Shown in pieces: positions 1 through 9,616 of a stretch of DNA of 64,000 bases. The stretch's first letter is position 1. Every line of letters begins with the position of its first letter. This DNA is from Acidimicrobiia bacterium (GTDB lineage: Bacteria; Actinomycetota; Acidimicrobiia; UBA2766): positions 35,565 to 99,564 of the forward strand of contig JADZDR010000091.1 of the NCBI GenBank assembly GCA_020850945.1. The letters run 5' to 3'. The notes beneath the pieces were generated by a model, which saw only the letters and a program-made list of their open reading frames with translations, searched no databases and was not told the origin of the DNA. A program made the position numbers and the translations under genes.

Positions 1-473
1 TGACGTTCGACACCCACGACGAGGCGGTGTTCGAGCGTGTCCCAGACGAGCTCGGGTAGGCGCATCGTGAGCCACGTGCCGATCGTGGCGTTCAGCTCTT
101 CCTGGGCTCGCCTCCCGAGTTGCACGTCGAGGGGGAGCCCCTGCACCTCACCCAACTCCATCCCGATCGTGCGGCGCGCGTCCGTGAGGTGACCGACAGC
201 GACGGAATGCCTCACACCGAGCCAGTCGAGCGTGCCGGACGAGATCGTCTCGAGGACGGGCTGGGGATCGGTGAGGGGAAGACGCGTGCCGTACGCGTAG
301 AAGGCCTCGAGGGTCTGGGTAATGTCGAGACCGTGGCCGGGGGACACCTCGTCCCAGAAGGCCAGGGCCTGCACGATGCAGATCGACCCCGGATCGGGGA
401 GCCCCATCCCGAGGCAGCGTCTCCTGATGTCGAGAACGGTGCCGGCTGGGACGAGTAGCGGTGTCTTGGCCAT
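1..473 (-). CDS. hypothetical protein, partial (C-terminus runs off the left edge of the window)
   Basis: Hand translation of the minus strand from ATG 473..471 gives MAKTPLLVPAGTVLDIRRRCLGMGLPDPGS... with no stop down to position 1. Third codon positions are GC-rich. An in-frame stop lies at 510..512 and no alternative start lies between it and 473. The ORF is absent from the track because it has no stop inside the window. Confidence 0.5.
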   Translation of the reverse strand, partial: MAKTPLLVPAGTVLDIRRRCLGMGLPDPGSICIVQALAFWDEVSPGHGLDITQTLEAFYAYGTRLPLTDPQPVLETISSGTLDWLGVRHSVAVGHLTDARRTIGMELGEVQGLPLDVQLGRRAQEELNATIGTWLTMRLPELVWDTLEHRLVVGVER

Positions 474-556
474 GGTGCAAGCAAGATCTGACGACGGATC
501 TCCCCGTGTTCACATCGACATCGCCGGTGGACGCCTTGACCGGGCACCGTCCCTCC

Positions 557-602
557 CTCTGGGTACCTGAGCGGCGATATATCGCCGCTCAGGTACCCAG
601 AG
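557..602. repeat. 46-bp perfect palindrome CTCTGGGTACCTGAGCGGCGATAT|ATATCGCCGCTCAGGTACCCAGAG (copy 1 of 2)
   Basis: Read directly from the sequence; the two arms are exact reverse complements. It lies between the stop of the 651..890(-) gene and the start (473) of the partial minus-strand gene. Confidence 0.95.
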
Positions 603-650
603 GGTGGGGGAGAGCGCTCGAACCCGCGCTCTGGCACAGCTCTACCGGGG

Positions 651-890
651 TCAGTGGCTGTGCTCGACGATGTCGACGTCGTCGAGGACTTCGGCGATCG
701 CGGCCAGGGCGCACTCCTCCTCCAGCAGTGAGGGTCTGACGAGGGAGCCGTCCTGCGCCTCGACCTCGTCCTCGAGCGCCTCCACGAGGTCGATGACGGT
801 ATCAGTGCTCGATCCGGCGTCGACCTCACCGTCGTCCCACACGACGACCACTCGCCGCCCTGACAGCATGCCCTCCAGCGTGAAGCTCAA
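651..890 (-). CDS. small acidic hypothetical protein (79 aa)
   Basis: ORF MSFTLEGMLSGRRVVVVWDDGEVDAG... has ordinary, non-shadow composition and sits 10 nt downstream of the GT2 gene on the same strand. I recognise no family. Confidence 0.45.
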   Translation of the reverse strand: MSFTLEGMLSGRRVVVVWDDGEVDAGSSTDTVIDLVEALEDEVEAQDGSLVRPSLLEEECALAAIAEVLDDVDIVEHSH

Positions 891-899
891 CGCGGCCTC

Positions 900-1730
900 C
901 TAGCTGGTCTCGGTCTCCGGTTCGCCCCCCGACGCCGCGATGTCGAGTCGCATGCGTGCGTGGAGCTCCTCTCGCAGACGATCGTAGAACTCCTGATCGT
1001 CCGGGTCGATGACCGTCGAGAACGGGACGGGCCAGCGTTCGAGCTCCGCTTCGATGTATCCGTCCACATGGATGCCGTGGAACTCCGTCCACGTGTTGGC
1101 ACCGTGGCGCACGAGGATGAGCTCGTCCTCGTGTCCGGTGACCGCCGTGAAGTCGGGATGATCGGCGATCCAGTGCGAGTCGACCGCCCGTGGCACGTCC
1201 CTGAACGGGTTGGCCTCCCAGAGCTCGCGGCCGAAGCAGATGGAGGGGCCGGCCTTGTGGCCCGGCCCGGTCCGGTAGAGACCACCCGACCACGCCAGGT
1301 ATACGAGGTAGCTGTCCCAGACGACGAAGCGGGCATCTGCAGGTGTGCGGGCGAGCCAGCGCGTGGCGGTCTCGAGGAACGCCGGCCGGTAGATGTCGTC
1401 GTCGTCCCACTTCTGCACGACACTGCCCCGCGCCGCCTCGACTCCGACGTTCAGCTTCTCGCCGAGGGATGTTGCAGGCACGGGGATGTAGCTGACCCCG
1501 GTCCGGTCCCGGCAGGCCGCGCGGCCCGGTGCAGGGTCGGGCGCGTCGTCCACGACGATCATCTCGCGATGGGTGTACGTCTGCCTCGACCAGTGGTCGA
1601 GCGCCTTGGGGACGAAGCGCTCGCGTCCCGCCCCGGTCGGCATCACGCACGAGACGAGCGCCGTCTCCGTGACCGGATCAGCCATGCGACGCAGAATACT
1701 GCCGGCCGCGGCCCGGTCCCGGCGGGCCAC
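900..1730 (-). CDS. family 2 glycosyltransferase
   Basis: The N-terminal VSCVMPTGAGRERFVPKALDHWSRQTYTHREMIVVDDAPDP pattern is a GT-A fold signature with a DD motif. Confidence 0.8.
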   Translation of the reverse strand: MARRDRAAAGSILRRMADPVTETALVSCVMPTGAGRERFVPKALDHWSRQTYTHREMIVVDDAPDPAPGRAACRDRTGVSYIPVPATSLGEKLNVGVEAARGSVVQKWDDDDIYRPAFLETATRWLARTPADARFVVWDSYLVYLAWSGGLYRTGPGHKAGPSICFGRELWEANPFRDVPRAVDSHWIADHPDFTAVTGHEDELILVRHGANTWTEFHGIHVDGYIEAELERWPVPFSTVIDPDDQEFYDRLREELHARMRLDIAASGGEPETETS

Positions 1731-1795
1731 ACGACCACATGCCCGTTACTCCCCTCGTGCCCGTGCCAGGATTGGCAGTCAGCATTGCCGTTCCG

Positions 1796-1879
1796 GCGGG
1801 AGTAGCCGAACTGGTACAGGCGCCCGACTTAAAATCGGGTACCCCTCGGGGTATGTGGGTTCGAATCCCACCTCCCGCA
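1796..1879 (+). tRNA. tRNA-Leu (anticodon TAA), long variable arm
   Basis: Acceptor GCGGGAG pairs with CTCCCGC. The anticodon arm is CCCGA-CTTAAAA-TCGGG, the variable arm is TACCCCTCGGGGTATG and the T-arm is GTGGG-TTCGAAT-CCCAC. CCA is not encoded. Confidence 0.9.
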
Positions 1880-1994
1880 CAACGACTGGCGTGGAATTCC
1901 ACATCGTCCACCCTGGTTGTCGGCATGGGGGATGTCCGATCGCCTCCAGCGACGGATGTGTTGTCCTCCCAGCGAATCCCCGTTCGGACATGGG

Positions 1995-2411
1995 TCACCC
2001 AATCAAGTCGAATTCGACTCCAAGTGCACGGTAGACGTTCGCGGCACGAGCGTCCCTGCTCACAAGAGGAAGTCCGTGTTCGACCGACGCAGCGCCCACG
2101 AGCGCGTCGTAGACCGACCCGCCGGCAAGACCGAGATCCGCCAGCCGGCTCGCCAGGTCCATGGATCTCTCCCCGGTGAGGAACCTGTTGTGGGGAAAGT
2201 CCTGGCTGAGGATCTCGAGGACCTCACGGGGACCCCGGCGAAGGGGTTGCGGGAGGCGAGTGAGTACCGAGTAGGTCTCGAAGAACGCATGCCCAGCGAG
2301 ACCCAAGGCGATACCCGAGAGAGCGGACGCCGTCTGCGAATGCGCCTCGTGGTCGGCGACCACCAGCGCCACGGCAACGCTTGTGTCGACGAGCACAACA
2401 GCATCGGTCAT
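1995..2411 (-). CDS. vapC: PIN-domain toxin, VapC family
   Basis: The N-terminus MTDAVVLVDTSVAVALVV carries the PIN acidic motif, the size is about 138 aa, and the start overlaps the upstream antitoxin stop by 4 bp. Confidence 0.85.
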   Translation of the reverse strand: MTDAVVLVDTSVAVALVVADHEAHSQTASALSGIALGLAGHAFFETYSVLTRLPQPLRRGPREVLEILSQDFPHNRFLTGERSMDLASRLADLGLAGGSVYDALVGAASVEHGLPLVSRDARAANVYRALGVEFDLIG

Positions 2412-2641
2412 CGCTGGTCCGCTTCGCGCAACGAGCGGACCATGTCGTCGTCGATGGTGCGTCCAGTGGCAGGGATGACCGTGCGACCGTCCTGCTCTTC
2501 GAGACCGTGACCTGGGACCGGCTCGATCCGGATACCCGCGCCATCACGGACGATCACGACCTCACCCGACGTCATCCCCACTTGGTCACGAAGGGTCTTG
2601 GGAATGACCACCCTCCCGGCCTTGTCGATCGTCGTCCGCAT
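2408..2641 (-). CDS. vapB: AbrB/MazE/SpoVT-fold antitoxin, VapB family
   Basis: MRTTIDKAGRVVIPKTLRDQVGM... is a swapped-hairpin AbrB-like motif. The protein is 77 aa and its gene overlaps vapC by 4 bp. Confidence 0.85.
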   Translation of the reverse strand: MRTTIDKAGRVVIPKTLRDQVGMTSGEVVIVRDGAGIRIEPVPGHGLEEQDGRTVIPATGRTIDDDMVRSLREADQR

Positions 2642-2701
2642 GCCAATACGCTACCATCCCAGTGGCATCTGACTTCCACGCATGCGGCACGCGCGGCACC
2701 C

Positions 2702-4339
2702 TTACGGCTCGGCCACCTTCTTGGCGACGAGGATCGCGACGTCGTCCTCGAGACGGCCCGAGTGGGCGACGGCACGCCGGTAGAGGGCCTCGGCGATGTC
2801 GGCCGCGCTGTGCTCGGCGATGCCCTCGAGCGTGCGCAGAAGGGGGGCGACACCGAGCAGGTCCCCGCCAGGACGGCGTGCCTCGACGAGGCCGTCGGTG
2901 TACCACACGATCACGTCGCCGGGAGCGAGGCGGAGCCGGTCCACGTGGAGGTCGGCTTGCGGGAAGAACCCGAGCGCCCGCCCCGGTGTGCCGAAGGTGC
3001 GACCCGCCTGGCCGCGGCGCCACACGAGGGGCAGCGGGTGTCCGGCGTTCGCCCACCGCAGGAGCGACGTGGCCGGGTCGTAAACCCCGAAGAGGAGGGT
3101 GATGAACCCCTCCGGGCCAGTCTGCTCGCAGACCGCCGTGTTCAGCTCGGCCACGATGGGGCCGGGATGCGTGTCCTTGTGGACGAGGCCCCGTGCCATG
3201 TGGCGCACGAGAGCCGTCTGCGCCGCTGCCTCCGGTCCCTTGCCCGAGACGTCGCCGAGGAGGAGTGCATAGCGGCCGTCGTGCATGAGGAACAGGTCGT
3301 AGAAGTCACCTCCGACCGACCCCGCCGGCCCTGCCGGCCGGTAGATCGCGGCGAGGTCGAGGCCCGGCACGTGCGGTACCGGTCCGGGCAGGAGGGCCTC
3401 CTGGAGGGTCGTGGCGATGCGGTGCTCCTCCTCGAAGAGGCGGGCGTTCTCGATGGCGAGGGCCGCCTCCGCCGCGAACACCTCGGCGAGGTCGAGGTCG
3501 TGCGCGCTGAACCCGCCCGCCTTGTTGAACACGATGAGGACGGCGAGCGTCGTGCCCCGCACGCGCATGGGGACGGCCGCGCCGTTCTTCGCGCCGAGTC
3601 CGCGGAAGAACGAGCGGTAGAACGCGAGATCCGGGTCGCCCTCCAGATCGTCGCTGGCGAAGGTCTCCCCCTGGAAGATCACGCGCCAGGCCGGCGTTCC
3701 GGGCTCGATGCGCAGCGGTTCGGCGGCGAACGTCTCGTCGTCGAGTCCGTAGCCGGGGAGCATGGGGCGCACGATCCGGGCAGACGGATCGCGATCCGGC
3801 GTCTGGTCGAGGCGCAGGATGAGGCAGCCGCTCGCGCCGAGCAGGAGGCCGATGTCGGTGGCGAGCACGCCGTAGAGGTCGTCACTCGCCTCCGCCGCCG
3901 ACACGCGGCGTGAGAGGAACACGAGCCCCTCGAGCATCTCGATACGCTCGGCCGCCTCGACCTGCCCCGCCCCGTCCGATGCCGTCATGAGGATCACCTC
4001 GACAGCGCCCTCGGGATCGAGAAGGGGTGTGGCCGCCCATTCCCATTGGAGGCTCTGTGCCGTCGCCGACGCACCGACCGCGACCCCGAAGACGTCGAGA
4101 CCGAGGACTCGCACGGCTCCCATGCCCCGTGACGCGCTGTCGAGCATGTCGAGGAGGTCGGCCGCGTTCGGATACGACTCCCGCAGCGAGACACCCGTGA
4201 CGGGCGCCCTCACCAGGGCTTCGAAGGCGGGTGAGGCCTGGAGGACGATGCCGTCGGGGGCGGACACGGCTGCCATGGGCACGACGGCTGCCTGCACGAG
4301 ACGCTCGATCGACTTGGGAAGGCCGGGTGACACGTTCAC
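2702..4339 (-). CDS. PAS/GAF sensor fused to a PP2C-type (SpoIIE family) serine phosphatase
   Basis: The C-terminal half carries GGDFYD, GDVSGKG and WYTDGLVEA motifs typical of SpoIIE/PP2C, and the central region looks like GAF. The GTG start at 4339 overlaps the ppx stop (GTGA). Confidence 0.85.
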   Translation of the reverse strand: MNVSPGLPKSIERLVQAAVVPMAAVSAPDGIVLQASPAFEALVRAPVTGVSLRESYPNAADLLDMLDSASRGMGAVRVLGLDVFGVAVGASATAQSLQWEWAATPLLDPEGAVEVILMTASDGAGQVEAAERIEMLEGLVFLSRRVSAAEASDDLYGVLATDIGLLLGASGCLILRLDQTPDRDPSARIVRPMLPGYGLDDETFAAEPLRIEPGTPAWRVIFQGETFASDDLEGDPDLAFYRSFFRGLGAKNGAAVPMRVRGTTLAVLIVFNKAGGFSAHDLDLAEVFAAEAALAIENARLFEEEHRIATTLQEALLPGPVPHVPGLDLAAIYRPAGPAGSVGGDFYDLFLMHDGRYALLLGDVSGKGPEAAAQTALVRHMARGLVHKDTHPGPIVAELNTAVCEQTGPEGFITLLFGVYDPATSLLRWANAGHPLPLVWRRGQAGRTFGTPGRALGFFPQADLHVDRLRLAPGDVIVWYTDGLVEARRPGGDLLGVAPLLRTLEGIAEHSAADIAEALYRRAVAHSGRLEDDVAILVAKKVAEP

Positions 4340-5244
4340 TTCACGTCCTCGACGAGGGAGCGCACGAGTCCGTCCAGGATGTCGTGCTCCGACACGAGCA
4401 CGGACGAGAACCCGAAGTGTGCCATGAGGCCACGCAACACGACAGCACCGCCGACGATCACGTCGGCGCGTTCGGGTTCGACGAGGAGGCCGCGGCGCAG
4501 AGCGGTCGGAACCGACGTGAGCCGGCCGAGCAGGTCGGCCACGGTGTCACGGGACAGCACGCGGTGGTGCGTCACGGCGGGGTCGTACGTACGCAGCCCC
4601 GCGTCCATGGCGGCGAGGCTCGTAACGGTGCCGGCGAGGCCGACGAACGTGCGCGCCGACGCGCCCGGCAGACCCGACGCCACCTCGTCGAGCAACTCGT
4701 CGACCATCGCGCCCGCCGCTTCGAGCTCCGCAGGAGCGGGTGGGTCGGAACGAAGGTGGCGCTCGCTCACGCGCACACACCCCATGTCGACGGACACTGC
4801 CACGGCAGGTTCCGTCCCGCCGAGGACGAGCTCCGTGGATCCGCCGCCGATGTCGGCCACGAGGAAGGGCGCACCGGCAGGATCGATGTCGCCCGTCGCT
4901 CCGGCGAAGGCGAGTGCTGCCTCGTCGAGGCCGCTCACGACTTCCGGCTTCACATGCAGGATCTCGGACGCGGGGAGCACGAAGTCGTCGGCGTTGCGTG
5001 CGTCTCGCGCGGCGCTCGTGGCGGCCGCGCGCAGTCGCGTGACGCCGTGCACCGAGATGCGCTCTGCGTAATCACGCAGGACGGACAGCGTGCGTTCGAT
5101 CGCGTCGCCGTCGAGACACCCCGACGCGTCGACACCGCGACCGAGTCGCGTGATGCGCATGTGCCTCTCGATCTCGTGACCCGTGTCGGAGACGACGAGG
5201 AGCCGCACCGAGTTCGTGCCGATGTCGACGGCGGCGACGGTCAT
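4336..5244 (-). CDS. ppx: exopolyphosphatase / guanosine pentaphosphatase family (Ppx/GppA)
   Basis: The N-terminus MTVAAVDIGTNSVRLLVV is the Ppx/GppA signature. The start is trimmed to ATG 5244, which overlaps the DUF501 stop (ATGA). The longer ORF extension is Arg-rich. Confidence 0.85.
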   Translation of the reverse strand: MTVAAVDIGTNSVRLLVVSDTGHEIERHMRITRLGRGVDASGCLDGDAIERTLSVLRDYAERISVHGVTRLRAAATSAARDARNADDFVLPASEILHVKPEVVSGLDEAALAFAGATGDIDPAGAPFLVADIGGGSTELVLGGTEPAVAVSVDMGCVRVSERHLRSDPPAPAELEAAGAMVDELLDEVASGLPGASARTFVGLAGTVTSLAAMDAGLRTYDPAVTHHRVLSRDTVADLLGRLTSVPTALRRGLLVEPERADVIVGGAVVLRGLMAHFGFSSVLVSEHDILDGLVRSLVEDVK

Positions 5245-5834
5245 GCCTCCGACCCTCCCGCTGCCCCGGTGTCGACGGGACCGATCCCACGCGTGGGCCG
5301 CCGGATCACGACCTCGGGGGTGACAGCCCCGATGGTCACGCAGGGTTCGGTGCAGTCGAGCTCGCCTATGCGTCGCGCTGCATCCGCCCCGGCCGGATCG
5401 CCTCCACCGGCCCACCAGAATGCGTGCCTGGCGTGGAGGCACTTGATCCCACCGTGGGCGCCGCCCACTCCCCCGCGCGGCCTGTGACCCGCGGTGGGGA
5501 AGCGGGCAAGCTCCACCTCACGCTCACGCGCGTAGTCGGCATCCGCCTCTGTGACGTCCAGGCGGGCCGCCATGGAGGTCATGAGTCCGCTCGACTCGAG
5601 CTTCGAGATGCGCCGCACTGCCAGGGGACACGTGAGCCAGTAGAGAGTCGGGAACGGAGTGCCGTCGTCGAGGACGGGCGGCACGCGGATGACCGCCGGC
5701 AGGCCGAGGTGGCAACGGACGACGACTTCGGAGTCGGCTCTGAGGGGACGGCCGAGCATCGCTTCCACGGTCGCGGCATCGGCGTCGCGTGTGCGGGAGT
5801 CTGCGGTCAAAGAAGACCGTCGGGCGCCGGTCAT
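5241..5834 (-). CDS. DUF501 domain protein
   Basis: The FPTLYWLTCPLAVRRISKLES motif is typical of DUF501, and the gene is the usual upstream partner of ppx in Actinobacteria. The start is uncertain (5834 chosen; 5954 would leave only 11 bp to the divergent gene). Confidence 0.7.
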   Translation of the reverse strand: MTGARRSSLTADSRTRDADAATVEAMLGRPLRADSEVVVRCHLGLPAVIRVPPVLDDGTPFPTLYWLTCPLAVRRISKLESSGLMTSMAARLDVTEADADYAREREVELARFPTAGHRPRGGVGGAHGGIKCLHARHAFWWAGGGDPAGADAARRIGELDCTEPCVTIGAVTPEVVIRRPTRGIGPVDTGAAGGSEA

Positions 5835-5965
5835 GCCCGGAGTGTATTTGAAGCCGGAGGCGGCGGTAGCGGCCCAGGCCCACCCACCCTTGTTGACTCG
5901 GTTGTCAGAAAGGTGGGGTTGTCCATAACCTGGCACTGGCACTGTCACTGTCACGGGAGAGGCGC

Positions 5966-7009
<1,044 letters not shown>

Positions 7010-7056
7010 CACCGATCACGACGGACCACGGCCGGGCACGTTAGGGTCGGGAGGTC

Positions 7057-7989
7057 ATGGGCGGTGATCACGGCCACGCGGGGCACACACACGGGGGACG
7101 GGCGGCACAGGGCCGGGCCCTCTGGATAGCGCTGGGCGTGAACCTCACGTTCCTCGTCGTCGAGCTGGGGGGCGGGTTCGCGTTCAACTCGCTCGCACTC
7201 CTCGCAGACGCCGTCCACATGCTCACCGACGTGGCCGGCCTCGCGATCGCCCTCATCGGCCAGAGCCTGCTCGCACGTCCCGCGACCGACCGACACACCT
7301 ACGGGCTCCAGCGCGCCGAGGTGCTCGCCGCGCAGGCGAACGGCCTCCTCCTCGTCGGCGCCGCGATCTGGATCGCCATCGAAGCGGTCGGCCGCATCGG
7401 CTCACCGGAGCCCGTCGCGGGCGGCGGTGTCGTGGTCGTCGCCGCCTGTGGCCTCGTCGCGAACCTGGTGAGCGCGGCCGTGCTCCTCGGCCATCGTGAC
7501 GAGACGGTCAACCTCGCAGGCGCGTTTTGGCACATGATCGTCGACGCGGCCGGATCGATCGGCGCCATCGTCGCCGGCGTCGCAGTCCTCGCCTGGGACG
7601 CGACTTGGGTCGACCCGGTCATGTCGATGCTGATCGGAGTGCTCGCCCTCTGGTCCGGCTGGCGTCTCCTCGCCGACACGACACGCATCCTGCTCGAAGG
7701 GACACCGCGGGGTCTCAGCCCGGAGGCGGTGGCGGCAGCCCTCCTCGACGACGACAGGATCGAGGATGTCCACCACCTCCATCTCTGGAACCTCGCCTCC
7801 GACACGCCGGCGATGACCGTGCACGTCCTCCTGCGAAGCGACGACAGGACGACGATGCACGAGGCGCAGAACCAGCGTGAGGAGCTGCGCGAGATGCTCG
7901 ACGCCCGCTTCGGGATTCGCCACGCCACGATCGAGATGGAATGCCACGCCTGCGACGTACCGGGCACCAAGACCACGGACCGCGGCTGA
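7057..7989 (+). CDS. cation diffusion facilitator (CDF) family metal efflux transporter
   Basis: It has a His-rich N-terminus (MGGDHGHAGHTHGG), an HMLTD motif in TM2, six predicted TM segments and a C-terminal cytoplasmic domain. Confidence 0.9.
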   Translation: MGGDHGHAGHTHGGRAAQGRALWIALGVNLTFLVVELGGGFAFNSLALLADAVHMLTDVAGLAIALIGQSLLARPATDRHTYGLQRAEVLAAQANGLLLVGAAIWIAIEAVGRIGSPEPVAGGGVVVVAACGLVANLVSAAVLLGHRDETVNLAGAFWHMIVDAAGSIGAIVAGVAVLAWDATWVDPVMSMLIGVLALWSGWRLLADTTRILLEGTPRGLSPEAVAAALLDDDRIEDVHHLHLWNLASDTPAMTVHVLLRSDDRTTMHEAQNQREELREMLDARFGIRHATIEMECHACDVPGTKTTDRG

Positions 7990-7993
7990 CGCA

Positions 7994-9577
7994 ATGCACT
8001 TCGACGTCAGAGTCACACGGCCGGACTTCGGCCCTCCCCTGAGCGGAGCGGACTGGAGCCGGGCCGCGATGTCAGCCGACTTGGAGATCGAGGCGACGGG
8101 CAACACCTCGTGCGAGCTGTCCCATACCCGATCCGTGCTCGGACGCGTCGACATCACAGTCGGCGGAGCCGGTGTCGCGGGGGAGGTGGAGGCACGTGGG
8201 CGGGCGGAGGTGGACCTCCCCTACTTCGGCTGGATCTTCCGTCCGCTTCTCACGCGTCGCCTACGCCGCGACCTCGACCACGTGCTCGACGTGGGCCAGG
8301 CGGCACGCGACGGGGAGCGGCCACCGCCGGCCCCCACGGGCCCGGCGTGGTTCCCCGATGTGCCCTGGACCCCGCACCAGGTGAGGTCGGTCGCGACGGC
8401 GACGGTCGCACTCGCCGTCGTCGCCTATGCGGCCACCCTCGTCGGCGCGACGTCGAACGCGTTCACCGAGTCCTTCGGCATGACGGACTCCCAGCTCGCC
8501 CTCCTCCTCGGCATCACCCGCGTGGGTACTCTCCTCGCCCTCGTCGGGGCATGGCTCGCCGACAAGGCGGGCCGGCGCCGCATCCTGCTCGCATCCCTGA
8601 CGGCGCTCGTCCTCCTCACGGCTCTCTCCGGCTTCGCGCCGGATGCCGTGACGTTCGGGGCACTGCAGACCCTCACGCGTGGCCTCGTTAACCTCGCCGG
8701 TCCCGTCGCCGCCATGATCGTGATCGAGGAGTCGCCCGAACGCGCGCGGGCCTCCACTCTTGCGATCGTCTTCCTGGGCGGCGCCCTCGGCGGTGTCCTC
8801 GCCAACGCCCTCCTTCCGATCCTCGACCTCGGGCCGGAGGCATGGCGTGGCATCTACGTGCTCGCCGTCCTCTTCCTCCCCCTCATCCTCCACATGGCGC
8901 GCCACCTGCCCGAGACGCGTCGCTTCGCGGCACTTGCCGAGCGGGGGGCGGAGACAGGCCGCGTCGGTGAAGTGGTCGATCGCCGTTACGGACGCCGCTT
9001 CGCCATCGTGACGGCCTCGGCGTTCCTCCTCAACTTCGCGGCGGCACCGAGCGCACAGCTCACGATGCGCTACCTCCAGAACGAACGCGACTTCAGCGGG
9101 AGCGAAGTCCTCCTCCTACGCGCCCTCATGACGGCGATTCCCGGCCTCCTGGCAGTCCTGCTCGGAGGCGTCATGGCAGAGGCGAGGGGCAGGATCGTCG
9201 TCGTGCGCCTCGGTCTCGCTGTGGCCGCTGTCGCCGACATCCTCTTCTTCACGACGGGCGGGGTCTTCCTCTGGGTGTGGACCGCTGTCGGTACCACGGG
9301 AAGCGGCTTCGCCGCCCCTGCCTACGGTGCCGTCTCGAACGAGATGTTCCCGACGGAGGTGCGCGGCACCGCCCAGGGCGGCTCGCTGCTTCTCGGGGTG
9401 CTCGGCTCGATCCTCGGGCTCTTCTTCGTCGGTCTCGTGCGCGGTGCCGCCGGATCGATCGGCACGGCGATCGCCCTCACGGACATCGCGCCGCTCGTCG
9501 TCGTCCTGTTCGTATACGGCCGCCTTCCCGAGTCACGCGGCCGCGCGCTGGACGACATCAGCCCGACCGAGGTCTGA
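7994..9577 (+). CDS. MFS transporter with an extra soluble N-terminal domain of about 130 aa
   Basis: From about residue 135 onward there is repeated TM/loop architecture with MFS-like motifs (ADKAGRRR loop). The start is trimmed to ATG 7994, 2 nt after the CDF stop. Confidence 0.75.
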   Translation: MHFDVRVTRPDFGPPLSGADWSRAAMSADLEIEATGNTSCELSHTRSVLGRVDITVGGAGVAGEVEARGRAEVDLPYFGWIFRPLLTRRLRRDLDHVLDVGQAARDGERPPPAPTGPAWFPDVPWTPHQVRSVATATVALAVVAYAATLVGATSNAFTESFGMTDSQLALLLGITRVGTLLALVGAWLADKAGRRRILLASLTALVLLTALSGFAPDAVTFGALQTLTRGLVNLAGPVAAMIVIEESPERARASTLAIVFLGGALGGVLANALLPILDLGPEAWRGIYVLAVLFLPLILHMARHLPETRRFAALAERGAETGRVGEVVDRRYGRRFAIVTASAFLLNFAAAPSAQLTMRYLQNERDFSGSEVLLLRALMTAIPGLLAVLLGGVMAEARGRIVVVRLGLAVAAVADILFFTTGGVFLWVWTAVGTTGSGFAAPAYGAVSNEMFPTEVRGTAQGGSLLLGVLGSILGLFFVGLVRGAAGSIGTAIALTDIAPLVVVLFVYGRLPESRGRALDDISPTEV

Positions 9578-9616
9578 ACCGTGCGGCCCGGTCCCCCCGA
9601 CACACCCTGAGAGCGG

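Noticed and set aside
120-829. ORFs 120..458(+), 148..513(-), 212..829(-), 322..570(+), 461..739(+)
   Set aside because: They overlap each other and the better-supported minus-strand frame ending at ATG 473. Several read straight through the 557-602 palindrome, and their compositions are shadow-like.
2381-3913. 510-aa plus-strand ORF
   Set aside because: It is antisense to the well-supported PAS/GAF-PP2C gene. Its translation is Arg/Gly/Asp/His-rich with no recognisable motifs, which is the typical shadow ORF of a high-GC gene.
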